Position numbers and translations under genes: made by a program. From assembly GCA_036170915.1 (NCBI GenBank), contig JAVHQC010000020.1:1-64000 (forward strand): 64,000 nt of DNA, in the 5' to 3' direction. This document shows, piece after piece, positions 47,966-57,491 of this stretch (its first letter is position 1; the number at the start of each line of letters is the position of its first letter). Origin of the DNA: Cyanobacteria bacterium auto_48_18. Lineage in GTDB: Bacteria > Cyanobacteriota > Vampirovibrionia > Obscuribacterales > Obscuribacteraceae. The notes under the pieces are model-generated. The model saw only the letters and a program-made list of their open reading frames with translations, had not been told where the DNA came from and did no database searches.

Positions 47966-49105
47966 TCAGTGAGCGTTAGCTTTTTGCGGGCTGACACCAG
48001 AATTATTTTTTGCTTTTTCCACTTGAGCCAGATGGTTTTTCAACTCTTCTCTTTGCTCATTGAGATAAGGCGGAATATCGTTGTAGAGATAGTCGAACAT
48101 GGAGAGTGGATTGGCCAGCTCTTCGCTTTGAGCCATTTCTTCAACGCGCACAATTGACGCTTTGATTACAGCGTCTAGTTCGGCTTCTAATTCTTGCAAC
48201 TGTTTTTCGTTGTAGACGCCTTTGGCAATCAGATATTTGCTGAAGCGTGCCAGAGGTTCTCGTTTGGTCCAGAGCGCACATTCATCGTCGCTGCGATAAC
48301 GCTTTGGATCATCAGCGGTGGTGTGCGGAGTGAAGCGATAAGTCAAACCTTCAATCAAAGTTGGCCCCTCGCCTCGTTTAGCACGGGCCACGGCTTCTTG
48401 AGTGGCCACATAGACGGCCAGCACATCATTGCCATCAACTCTAATGCCAGGCATGCCATAAGCAATGGCGCGCTGGGCAATTGTTTCGTTGCGCATCTGT
48501 TTAGCGATTGGCACTGAAATGGCATATTGGTTGTTGAGACAAACAAAAACAACTGGTGCTTGATAGACAGAGGCAAAATTCATGGCTTCGTGAGTGTCGC
48601 CTTCAGATGAGGCACCATCTCCAAAATATGTCATTACCACACTGTTGTCGTTGCGCAGTTTCATGGCCATACCGAGGCCGGCGGCGTGAAGCAACTGGCT
48701 GGCAATAGGCACGCAAACCGGCAAATCATTGACACCTTCTGGTGGCATGGCGCCTTCTTCAAAACCATTCCAGTAAAGCAAAGTGGTCTCAATAGACCAG
48801 CCACGAAACAGCAAACCAGCCAATTCGCGATAAGCAGGAACATGCCAGTCGGTTTTACCCAGGTGGATAGCCGAGCCCATAGAGATGGCTTCGTGCCCTG
48901 AAGATTGTGGGAAAGTACCCATTCTGCCCTGTCTTTGCATCAAGAGCATGCGCTCATCGGTGCGCCGTGCAAGCAGCATGTACTTGTACATGGTCTTCAA
49001 AGTTTCAGGAGCGATTTTAGGCTCGAGAGTTTTGTCGAGTTTGGCATCCTCATCCAGAATGGAGAGATACTCGATATGAGGAAGCTCAATCTTTGTTCTT
49101 GGCAT
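47966..49105 (-). CDS. pdhA: 2-oxoacid (pyruvate or branched-chain) dehydrogenase E1 alpha
   Basis: QRQGRMG, TPP motif FGDGASSEGD…NNQYAIS, and HTTADDPKRYR. Confidence 0.93.
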   Translation of the reverse strand: MPRTKIELPHIEYLSILDEDAKLDKTLEPKIAPETLKTMYKYMLLARRTDERMLLMQRQGRMGTFPQSSGHEAISMGSAIHLGKTDWHVPAYRELAGLLFRGWSIETTLLYWNGFEEGAMPPEGVNDLPVCVPIASQLLHAAGLGMAMKLRNDNSVVMTYFGDGASSEGDTHEAMNFASVYQAPVVFVCLNNQYAISVPIAKQMRNETIAQRAIAYGMPGIRVDGNDVLAVYVATQEAVARAKRGEGPTLIEGLTYRFTPHTTADDPKRYRSDDECALWTKREPLARFSKYLIAKGVYNEKQLQELEAELDAVIKASIVRVEEMAQSEELANPLSMFDYLYNDIPPYLNEQREELKNHLAQVEKAKNNSGVSPQKANAH

Positions 49106-49374
49106 AGAGTCGACACCGTTTTTATGGGTTTGTATCTGCTTTACTTGGGCTCAGTCTGATTTTTCACTCTCTCGAAATTTTTCTCTTGAGCTAATGGCGT
49201 GGCCATTGGCTTTCGTGTTAACTTCTTCTACTTGACGATGAGTCTCAGACCAGGCAAAGTATGTCATATATAGGCCGCGGGGGACTATAAAGGTTTGTGG
49301 AAAATTCTCAGTGGATAATTCTCAATGGATGAGAAGCCAAAAGCGGCTGGCGATGCTGCAAAGCTTAATATTGC

Positions 49375-50259
49375 ATGAATGCCAAAGTGACAATTGAAAA
49401 GGCCGATAAGCTGCCGAAGCCACCCTGGCTGAAAGTCAAGCTCCCTACCGGAGAGCCTTACTGGCGCGTCAAAGAGCTTCTTGACGAGAACGATTTGCAT
49501 ACCGTTTGTGAATCGGCTGCTTGCCCCAACAGAGGTGAATGCTGGGCCCGAGGCACTGCCACTTTCATGATTCTCGGCAATATATGCACGCGAAGCTGTG
49601 GATTTTGTAATGTGATTACGGGCAAACCCACCGAGCTTGACCTTGATGAGCCGCGGCGCGTCGCTGAAGCGGTGCGCAAGCTATCGCTTAAGTATGCGGT
49701 GATTACGTCTGTCAATCGCGACGAGTTAAAAGACGGTGGCGCGCAAGTGTGGGCTGACACCATCGCCGCCATTCGCGCTTTAAATCCTGATACCGGCATC
49801 GAAGTTTTAATTCCTGATTTTTGTTCCAACTGGGACGCCTTGCAAACCGTGCTCGATGCTCGGCCTGATGTGCTCAATCACAACATTGAAACGGTTCCAA
49901 GACTTTATCTGGAAGTGCGACCTCAGGGGCGCTATGACCGTTCACTGGAAGTACTGGCAAGAAGCAAAGCTCAAGGTCTGACCACAAAGTCTGGTTTGAT
50001 GATGGGCCTTGGTGAAAGCGATGATGAAGTTCTTGAAGTGATGAAAGACTGGCGCAAAGCTGGCGTAGACCTGGTTACGCTTGGTCAGTACATGCAACCC
50101 ACTGATAATCATCTGCCGGTTCGACGCTACGTTGAGCCTGCCACTTTTGCATTTTTACAGCAACAAGGCATACTCATGGGTTTCACCAATGTCTTTGCCG
50201 GGCCGCTGGTGCGCAGCTCGTATCACGCTGACGAACAGGCCAGTCAGAATTTGCTTTAA
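49375..50259 (+). CDS. lipA: Lipoyl synthase
   Basis: CESAACPNRGEC, radical-SAM CTRSCGFC and RSSYHA motifs. Confidence 0.97.
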   Translation: MNAKVTIEKADKLPKPPWLKVKLPTGEPYWRVKELLDENDLHTVCESAACPNRGECWARGTATFMILGNICTRSCGFCNVITGKPTELDLDEPRRVAEAVRKLSLKYAVITSVNRDELKDGGAQVWADTIAAIRALNPDTGIEVLIPDFCSNWDALQTVLDARPDVLNHNIETVPRLYLEVRPQGRYDRSLEVLARSKAQGLTTKSGLMMGLGESDDEVLEVMKDWRKAGVDLVTLGQYMQPTDNHLPVRRYVEPATFAFLQQQGILMGFTNVFAGPLVRSSYHADEQASQNLL

Positions 50260-51440
50260 GAGTCTATTTTGAGCAGATTTTTGATGCCGTAAATAGCCAT
50301 GTTCGGATTTTCTTTCAAACGTCTGCGGCAGTAAGCTCCGGCAACTTTGCCTTCGCCGAAAGGCAGATACATGCGCACCAGTACACCCTCGGCGGCGAGC
50401 TTTTTGAAAACTGTTTCTGCCTTTTCCGCTGACTTCATTGCGGATTTATTGGTGGTGGCAATGGCCTCGAAAATTTCGCCTGAGATCAGGCTTTTCTGGA
50501 AGCGTTTACGGGGTACTCCGTGCAAATATTGAGTTTCGAATGCGCTTGTAGGCACTGCATCTGGTATCACAACATCGTTGAAGAAAGTTTCAATGCACTT
50601 GGTGTCGTGAGTAGCCACTTCCACATAAGTGCCGCGAGCGATAAGCTCACGGGCGTACTTGACCAGGCATTCTTTCATTGCCGGTTTGTTTGTGTGGGCA
50701 ATAGCAGCCGGCTCATTATAGATACCAATGACCAGGCGAGTGCGCATGCGATCGTCAAAGCGCTTAATGTCGGTTGCGGTGCGGAACAAGCGGCTTTGCA
50801 ACACTGTACCGACATTGCGGTAACCAGATTCTATTAGAGCGAAGTAGCTCTCTAACTGAAAATCGGTCCAGCGGTGATCTTCTGCTTCTAAAGTGACGGC
50901 CACATTTTTGGTGCTTGCATATTCAACCACTGATTCGATGCGGTTATAGGCACGATCTAAAACCGGCGAGCGGAACTCGCCAACGCTCGGGGTAACTGGA
51001 CAAAACATAGAAGGTTTGAACGAAACTCTTGGTTGCCTGCGCCATTCTTCTACCGGCAGAGGATCTTGAGCTATCAAATCAATCAAGTGTTTGTAGTGGG
51101 CTACAGATGCGTCACAGTCAGCGTCAATTGCGGCGTCTTCACCAAGAATATCGAGGGTGACGCTAAATTGATTTTCGTCATAAAGTTTTCGAGCTAGTGT
51201 GAGGGCCTCTTCGGCAGTCTCTCCGGCAAGATAAGGCTTGGCCAGAAACAACACCAGCCACACCGGAATCATGTCAAAAAGCGACCTGGTCACCGGCGGC
51301 TTGCCGCTCAAGCTATTGCTATTATTGCTGCCCTGTTCGCTTTGCGCCTGCATCGTATTTTTGACCGCAGCTTCCTGTGTTATCGGCATATTTATCCTAT
51401 CCACATAGTTTTCAAGGCGAATTATAGATCCGCCGTCCAC
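50256..51440 (-). CDS. Monofunctional proline dehydrogenase family protein (start probably the ATG at 51389 or later)
   Basis: YLAGET, DILGE, GTVLQSRLFRT, RLVIGIY, ATHD and RMYLPFG…YCRRRLKENP motifs. Confidence 0.85.
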   Translation of the reverse strand: MDGGSIIRLENYVDRINMPITQEAAVKNTMQAQSEQGSNNSNSLSGKPPVTRSLFDMIPVWLVLFLAKPYLAGETAEEALTLARKLYDENQFSVTLDILGEDAAIDADCDASVAHYKHLIDLIAQDPLPVEEWRRQPRVSFKPSMFCPVTPSVGEFRSPVLDRAYNRIESVVEYASTKNVAVTLEAEDHRWTDFQLESYFALIESGYRNVGTVLQSRLFRTATDIKRFDDRMRTRLVIGIYNEPAAIAHTNKPAMKECLVKYARELIARGTYVEVATHDTKCIETFFNDVVIPDAVPTSAFETQYLHGVPRKRFQKSLISGEIFEAIATTNKSAMKSAEKAETVFKKLAAEGVLVRMYLPFGEGKVAGAYCRRRLKENPNMAIYGIKNLLKIDS

Positions 51441-51513
51441 CTTCTTCCATCTATAGTGCCGGTGAGAATGGTAAATCAGAAAATGTTTATTTTAGCTGTT
51501 TAGCTTTTGCTTA

Positions 51514-53052
51514 TTATTCCTCGGCTTTTTCGCCTTCACCGAGACCTTTTAAGGTAAAGCGCAGCAAGTCAGACTTGTGTCCTTCTTCTTTTAATAGCTC
51601 GCTTACTGAGCCGGGCAGGCGACTGATGGCAATTACCGCCTGATTTTGTCCGCTGGCATCGGTGGTTTTGAAATAAACGGCGCGACAGCTCTGGGTGGTC
51701 AAATTGATCAGTTCAATTCGACCATCATCGGTATAGCGCACTGAATGCTCTGCTGCGGATGACTTCTCGTTTTTAAATTTTCCTGCCAGTGCTTTTGCCA
51801 GGCTGACAAATTGCACATCGTTCAACGTTGCACTGTTGTCCTGGTTAATAGCGCAGACCACCACATCAGCTTTGCCTGTGCGGCCTTTTGAGCCGGCTAC
51901 GATTTTGACGGCCGGATGTTTTTTATAGCTGGCCCAGATCCAGTTTTTGTCTTTAACATCGGTTTGTAGTGGCATACCCATGATTTTTTCAAATTGATAA
52001 AAGTCGTCTCCCAGACCGGGGAGATTGCTTTTGAGCACATACTGATTGCCTGAGCCGCTTGAATTACTTGGGATGCCTGAAGTAGTTGAAGTAGTTACAG
52101 TGCGCGAATTACTGCCAGGACCGTTGCTGCTAGTAGCACTATTATTGGCACCGAATCTGGTGCTGGGATTTTGCGACAGCGAATTTGCCACAGCAATAAG
52201 AGGCTTTTCTGCTACCGGTGGAGGTGTAGGTGGAGCAACAGGAGGGTTGTTAGCGTGATTGACATAGCGTGAGCTGGAATTGTAATTGCCAGATTTAGGC
52301 AGGCTGCCACGCTCAGTACGATCATTACGCTCAGTGCGCTCCGTAAGGGGGCGTGGGCGAGGGTGTTCGGCCTCAAACTTCTTTTTGCCCTGTTCCATTT
52401 TTGCTTTGGCCAGACGATTATTGCCCAGTTGACTATTGAGCTGAGTGCGCGCGTCTTCATCGGTCATGGCCACAGGCTGTATGCGGGCGACAATCAAATT
52501 TTGACTTTCTTCACTGGAGACATCGCCAATTTTGCAAATTACTTTGCACTCAATCATCGGCCATTCACCCGGATCGATTGGCAATTCAAAAGGCCTTTTG
52601 CCGTGAGCCTCAGTATTCACCTGTTGTTTACTGCCGATGGAATCAAGCCTGGTATGCCAGCGATAAACAGTCAATATTCCCTCTGAGAGCAGCCTGAAAT
52701 GCGCCTGCAACTGTATGGGCTCGCCAAGCAAACTGACGTCGCTGACATTCTCGATAGTCAACATAATAGATGGATGATAACCGAGGGCATCGTGTGTCCA
52801 ATAGGTTACGTAGGCAGGCACTGTAAGTTTTGGTGGAGTCTTGCGTTCTCGGCGCACAGGAGGCTCATCTTCTTCTTCGTCTATGGCGCGGCCGGGCGCC
52901 TGCGTCGGCTGCCTTGCTGATGCGGCATTGGCTGTTACTTCAGGCAGGCCACAGCAAGTGACACAACACGCCAGTAGAAGATTTAAAAGTAAAAACCTGC
53001 TTTTCATCAAATCGATTTTAAACCATTTTCTAAAGTTCAGTTTAAAGCTCAA
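51514..53052 (-). CDS. Hypothetical lipoprotein or exported two-domain protein (start probably the ATG at 53007)
   Basis: MKSRFLLLNLLLA-C lipobox-like signal; two folded-looking regions split by a Pro/Ser/Asn-rich linker. Confidence 0.7.
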   Translation of the reverse strand: MSFKLNFRKWFKIDLMKSRFLLLNLLLACCVTCCGLPEVTANAASARQPTQAPGRAIDEEEDEPPVRRERKTPPKLTVPAYVTYWTHDALGYHPSIMLTIENVSDVSLLGEPIQLQAHFRLLSEGILTVYRWHTRLDSIGSKQQVNTEAHGKRPFELPIDPGEWPMIECKVICKIGDVSSEESQNLIVARIQPVAMTDEDARTQLNSQLGNNRLAKAKMEQGKKKFEAEHPRPRPLTERTERNDRTERGSLPKSGNYNSSSRYVNHANNPPVAPPTPPPVAEKPLIAVANSLSQNPSTRFGANNSATSSNGPGSNSRTVTTSTTSGIPSNSSGSGNQYVLKSNLPGLGDDFYQFEKIMGMPLQTDVKDKNWIWASYKKHPAVKIVAGSKGRTGKADVVVCAINQDNSATLNDVQFVSLAKALAGKFKNEKSSAAEHSVRYTDDGRIELINLTTQSCRAVYFKTTDASGQNQAVIAISRLPGSVSELLKEEGHKSDLLRFTLKGLGEGEKAEE

Positions 53053-53725
53053 GGGCTCGCCACATGTACCAGCTTGCTGCGGTGCGAAATGGACGCCAGC
53101 ATTCAGCGTGTGCAGCTATTTCAGAAGGTTTGGGCAAATCATCTGACTGTGCCCGGGTCTTACCATAATAGGTGAGGGCAAAACCTTTGCGCACGCCATA
53201 GTCGGTGCTAGGCAGCACATCTTGCCTGCCAAGGCGAAACATCAAAAGCATTTGTACTGTCCATGGGCCTATACCCCTCACTGAAACCAGGCGAGCGAGT
53301 AAATCTTCGTCAGACAAGTTTTGCATTTCGTCTACTTTAGGCACTACACCTTCAAGACTTTTTAGGGGCAGGTCTTGCAGTGCCATTGCTTTCGCCCGAG
53401 ACAAACCGCAGGCCCTCAGGTCATCTTCGCTTGCCTTTAAGATCAATTTTTCGCCAGGAAATTTCTTTGTTTTGAAATTTGCCATTACTTTATTGCAAAT
53501 CGACTGAGCTGCTTTGCCGGTAATTTGTTGATAAACAATTGACTCGGCCAGGGCTTCATAACTCGATTGCATGCCATCAACGCGCAAAGTATAAGGGCCG
53601 ACTTGCTTAATAACTTTGGCCAGTTTTTTATCGGCTTTGCATAAATGCGTGCAAATTGCGTCAGCTTGCGCTTCTTCTGTGGCCTGGCCTGCAAGGCGCG
53701 AACTGCGTTTTGTGGTCTCAGGCAT
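53042..53725 (-). CDS. alkA: DNA-3-methyladenine glycosylase II family (HhH-GPD)
   Basis: SIVYQQIT, LRACGLS, HhH VRGIGPWT, LPSTDYGVR and WRPFRT; the ATG at 53725 overlaps the upstream stop (ORF track start 53770). Confidence 0.9.
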   Translation of the reverse strand: MPETTKRSSRLAGQATEEAQADAICTHLCKADKKLAKVIKQVGPYTLRVDGMQSSYEALAESIVYQQITGKAAQSICNKVMANFKTKKFPGEKLILKASEDDLRACGLSRAKAMALQDLPLKSLEGVVPKVDEMQNLSDEDLLARLVSVRGIGPWTVQMLLMFRLGRQDVLPSTDYGVRKGFALTYYGKTRAQSDDLPKPSEIAAHAECWRPFRTAASWYMWRALEL

Positions 53726-55088
53726 AAAGAGACGGCCAGCCCTTTTTATTGATGCATGAGGACAGTGCATATTTAGGGGAATAGTTGAAATGGTTGCCGG
53801 TTTTTTTTCGGTAGGCGCGCCCTGCCATACTGGTTAAAGCTGCAAAACCAAGATCTTTCGGCATGTTTTTTGCATCGGCAATGATGTCGTTGAAAAATAA
53901 TTGACCGTTTGCAACAGCACAGCAGCGCGCCGCTAAAAACCATTCTTTTGAAAATTGTTTTTCATTGCCGTTATAGGCATCGCGACCTATTTCTCGAGCA
54001 AACTTTTCGCCGTCAAGCTGCCAGAGCTTTTCGCTCAAAATTTCTTGAAAAGCAAAGATTTCTTCAGCTTGCAGTTCACTCAGTTGCTGCACCGCCGGTG
54101 CTATCACGGCATCATCATGGCCTTCTTCGTCCCAATTAAGCAAATCAATTAAGTCCCAGAAGTCATCCTGGCTCATGTATTTACTGGGGTCATCAAGGGT
54201 TGGCTGTGCCACAGCAGGCACTGGCATGGGCACTGCACTTGTGACTTTAGCTGTGCTGGGCGAATTTTTCCCCGGCTCAGGACCAGCCTTGATAGACAGG
54301 TCCACCAGATCGGCCAGGGTATATTCAGGCCTGGTGGGCGCAGCTCTTTTCCATTTGACTCTTAAGTGCGGCAGCTCGGCCCGAAGCTTAGCTATGCCGG
54401 CTTCAGTCACTTCAGTATTGAACAGATAAAGTCTGACCAGGTCTTTCAAACAACTCAACGCGGCTAAACCGCTGTCGGTAAATTTCGTGCCTGATAGACC
54501 AAGCAGTTTCAACTCAGTAAGTTGGGCCAAATGTTCCACAGCACTATCATCAACGCTGGTGCCGTTAAGCCATAACTCTTTTAAATGCGGCAGCGCAGAT
54601 AGATGTATCAAGCCATCGGTGGTGATGCTGGTGGCGGTAAGGCCAAGCGATTCTAAATTGTATAAACGAGCAATAAAGGCTAGTCCGGCGTCACCAACAG
54701 GGGTGTATGCCAGCTCAAGCACTCGCAAAGTTTCAAGGTGTGAAATATGGGTGAGGCTGAGATCGTTTATCTGTGTGCGGCTCATATCGAGCACATGCAA
54801 AGACTGCGATGGCAGGTTTTCTAGCGGTGAAAGCAAATTGGCGGCGCTGGCTGAAACTTTCAGCTGAATTTTGCACGATTCGGGGTTAGGAACAATTACA
54901 TCGCCGCGAGCTTCATCTAACCACTGCCAATTTATGGGCTGATTTTCAGGATTGACAATCAGTCCTAGGGGCCGCTCAAACAGATCCCAGGTCTCAGGTT
55001 GAGAAGTAGGAGCCGTGTAGAGCCCACCCATGGAGTAGCGCGGGGGGAATCGCAATAATCTTTCAGTCATGCCGTTCATAACCTTCAA
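53718..55088 (-). CDS. Leucine-rich repeat protein fused to a DUF4240-like C-terminal domain
   Basis: About six 24-aa LRRs (LxxLxLxxTxIxDxxL); C-terminal MSQDDFWDLID…EEIFAFQ…FLAARCCAVANG. Confidence 0.8.
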   Translation of the reverse strand: MKVMNGMTERLLRFPPRYSMGGLYTAPTSQPETWDLFERPLGLIVNPENQPINWQWLDEARGDVIVPNPESCKIQLKVSASAANLLSPLENLPSQSLHVLDMSRTQINDLSLTHISHLETLRVLELAYTPVGDAGLAFIARLYNLESLGLTATSITTDGLIHLSALPHLKELWLNGTSVDDSAVEHLAQLTELKLLGLSGTKFTDSGLAALSCLKDLVRLYLFNTEVTEAGIAKLRAELPHLRVKWKRAAPTRPEYTLADLVDLSIKAGPEPGKNSPSTAKVTSAVPMPVPAVAQPTLDDPSKYMSQDDFWDLIDLLNWDEEGHDDAVIAPAVQQLSELQAEEIFAFQEILSEKLWQLDGEKFAREIGRDAYNGNEKQFSKEWFLAARCCAVANGQLFFNDIIADAKNMPKDLGFAALTSMAGRAYRKKTGNHFNYSPKYALSSCINKKGWPSLYA

Positions 55089-55165
55089 ACATTATCCGAT
55101 CAGGGCCAATCTGTCTTCCTTCAGATGTTATTCTTTTCCTCTGTATTGAATGGAGAGTCAAATAA

Positions 55166-55630
55166 ATGGAAGAGATCGACGCCCAGGGGCGCCAACTCCT
55201 AATTGATCGGCCGCTACTGAGTAAGGGCAGGCTGTCTGTTTATAGGGAGTCGACCTGTAGCGATGACTGGTTCCCTCGCTTGAATGTGAGCTTGAAGAAA
55301 TCGGGCACTGACCATGTGCTCTGGCAATGGACCACCCATTCACTGCCTGTAGATTTTGATGAGCCGCCACCCTATGGCGAAGATGACGTGCTTTTGGAGA
55401 AATATTTTGAACTCAATGAAGCGGTGAGAACGCCGCGTGGTTTGGAAGTGGTTTTTGAGCTGGCACCAGGTGCAACCGTGCGCGGTTATGTAGAGCAGTT
55501 CTCGGTTTCGCTGTATCTCTATCCTGATACATTTGAAGACCGAGGGGTTCAAATTGGAGTGCTCGACTTCAGGCAAGGTCTTACTGCCGGAAGCGTTCCC
55601 ATGTTTGCTCGCTTTAATTTCCCCTGGTAA
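55166..55630 (+). CDS. Hypothetical protein
   Basis: 154-aa ORF with GGAG RBS, divergent from the LRR gene. Confidence 0.6.
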   Translation: MEEIDAQGRQLLIDRPLLSKGRLSVYRESTCSDDWFPRLNVSLKKSGTDHVLWQWTTHSLPVDFDEPPPYGEDDVLLEKYFELNEAVRTPRGLEVVFELAPGATVRGYVEQFSVSLYLYPDTFEDRGVQIGVLDFRQGLTAGSVPMFARFNFPW

Positions 55631-55723
55631 ATCGGCGTTAACCGCGCCTGTGGCCTTGTTTGTCTCTCGAGGCAGAGGTTTGCTCACCGCCAGGCAGCTA
55701 TTGGACATAACCAGGCACACTGC

Positions 55724-55766
55724 AAAAGAAAAAGCCCCGATATGAACCGGGGCTTTCTATTTTTTT
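55724..55766. terminator. Bidirectional intrinsic terminator between the + strand CDS and tRNA-Lys
   Basis: AAAGCCCCG-atatgaac-CGGGGCTTT with an A tract on the left and a T tract on the right. Confidence 0.85.
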
Positions 55767-55809
55767 GCTCTCGACAAATATTGAGATATTTTTTATCGGG
55801 ATTATAATT

Positions 55810-55882
55810 TGCGTCCGGTGCGACTCGAACGCACGACCAATCAGTTAAAAGCCGAGTGCTCTACCAGCTGAGCTACGGACGC
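55810..55882 (-). tRNA. tRNA-Lys(UUU); CCA end not encoded
   Basis: Reverse strand folds as GCGTCCG acceptor, GCTC/GAGC D-stem, anticodon loop CTTTTAA, GTGCG-TTCGAGT-CGCAC T-arm, CGGACGC-A. Confidence 0.95.
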
Positions 55883-56007
55883 ATAAGCGACAAAGACGGC
55901 TTATTTACAAAGCCACGTCTCAACCACAAGAGCCCATCCTATCAGCGCTCTTATCACTCCGTCAAGAACAAGTGACAATATTCTTGCGTTTATAAATTGA
56001 ATGATGC

Positions 56008-57471
56008 TTATAAACCAGTTTTCATCGCGTCGGCCACGGCGGCTTCTATGGTATCAGCCACATATACCTGCCCTTCATTATTGAGGTGCGCGGTGTAAAA
56101 GAGCCTTTCTATCTGCTCGCTGCTGTAATTTATGGCCGGTGCTTGAGCGTCTATATATGGAATTTGATTTTGGCGGCATTGTTTTTCAACTAAAGCCAGT
56201 TCGCCCTCGTAGTTCATTCCCAGTGTGCTCGCATCCATGCCGGCAATTGGCAGCAGAGTGGCTCTGGAAGGTAAACCGACTACCATCAGCTTGCAATTGT
56301 GCTTGGCGCTGTCCTTTTTAAATTCTTGCAACAGCGCGTTCATAGTATTGGCAATAACATCATGGAAAAGCTTGTCACTATCGCTGAGTGGAATGTTCTC
56401 AGGTGGCGCTTTGACGGGAGCCTTTACACTCGCTGGAACAGAGCTGACAACTGGTGTGGCAGCTGCAGTTGCAGGTTTAGTTACAGGTGCTGTGGTGGCA
56501 GCCAGAACCTTGGCGAAATCCCACTGGGCAATTTGTGCTTGCCAGGCTTGATCCAGTTCCTTTTTCAAGCCGCCCTCAAGCTTCTTGAAATAGTCTGGCT
56601 GTGCTATTTCTGCCTTAAATTGTTTGATGGTGTTAACTGGTGCAGTAAAGAAATTGACCACGGTTTTATAGATCGGATTATGCGTACTGGCATCAGTTTC
56701 AAATGCGGCGATTAGCCCCCAGATGCGAGAATGCGATCGCAAAAATTCGATGCTGTTCAAGAACTTGCCACGGGGTGATTTCATCCAACCACTAACTGCG
56801 CTACCATCAATCACTATTTCTTGTTTGGGCAGCTTCAAGGCAATGGGGCGCACGTTGGCAATTGCCGAATCAGGAATGGCCCAATTTTCAAACATATCTC
56901 GGGCGTTGTATCCCACCAGTATCAAATCTGGTGCGTAGGCAAAAACCTGCCTTCGCATTAGCAGCAATTCTTGCACTGTGGAATAGCCGGAGACGCCAAA
57001 ATTTAAAACTTCCACAGGGCGACCCAGTTTACGGCTGAGTTTAGCTTGCAAAATTTTGCCGAAAGACTTGTCGAGGGTCACTTGCATTGCTTCAGTTTGT
57101 GAATCGCCTAAAAGCACAATGCGATAGACGCCGGGAGCTTTAGCAAGGGCTACCGGTTCGCGCAAGCCTGAGGCATACAGGTATGATCGCGCATAACCTT
57201 CTTTGCGCCAGGTGACCGTCTTATCAACCATGTGTACTGTGCCGATTTGTTTATCCAGTTTGAAGATTTCTTCTTCGCCCAGGCCCGCCATTGACAGTAT
57301 TACTTCCACCATCAGTAGTGCCACTATCTGCCAGACTAGATATGGTGCCAAATTTCTTGCTCTTCTCAATAGGCCCAACCAGTTATAGTCGTGCGCGGGC
57401 AATAGATCAGCGCGGCCTTTGGCCCCGCTTTTCACCTCCATTGTTGATTGTGATTCTAAACTGATGACCAT
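56008..57471 (-). CDS. Membrane-anchored SGNH/GDSL family protein (AlgJ/AlgX/PatB-like O-acetyltransferase candidate)
   Basis: N-terminal TM; GDSQT, NFGVSGYS and C-terminal HLNNEG motifs; adjacent to the MBOAT gene. Confidence 0.8.
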   Translation of the reverse strand: MVISLESQSTMEVKSGAKGRADLLPAHDYNWLGLLRRARNLAPYLVWQIVALLMVEVILSMAGLGEEEIFKLDKQIGTVHMVDKTVTWRKEGYARSYLYASGLREPVALAKAPGVYRIVLLGDSQTEAMQVTLDKSFGKILQAKLSRKLGRPVEVLNFGVSGYSTVQELLLMRRQVFAYAPDLILVGYNARDMFENWAIPDSAIANVRPIALKLPKQEIVIDGSAVSGWMKSPRGKFLNSIEFLRSHSRIWGLIAAFETDASTHNPIYKTVVNFFTAPVNTIKQFKAEIAQPDYFKKLEGGLKKELDQAWQAQIAQWDFAKVLAATTAPVTKPATAAATPVVSSVPASVKAPVKAPPENIPLSDSDKLFHDVIANTMNALLQEFKKDSAKHNCKLMVVGLPSRATLLPIAGMDASTLGMNYEGELALVEKQCRQNQIPYIDAQAPAINYSSEQIERLFYTAHLNNEGQVYVADTIEAAVADAMKTGL

Positions 57472-57491
57472 GTTGTTCCTGAGTTAAGCGA

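Noticed and set aside
55630..56000. tRNA-Lys as a possible integration site for an island or prophage
   Set aside because: No integrase nearby and no duplicated tRNA 3' end noticed; it is followed directly by a normal terminator.
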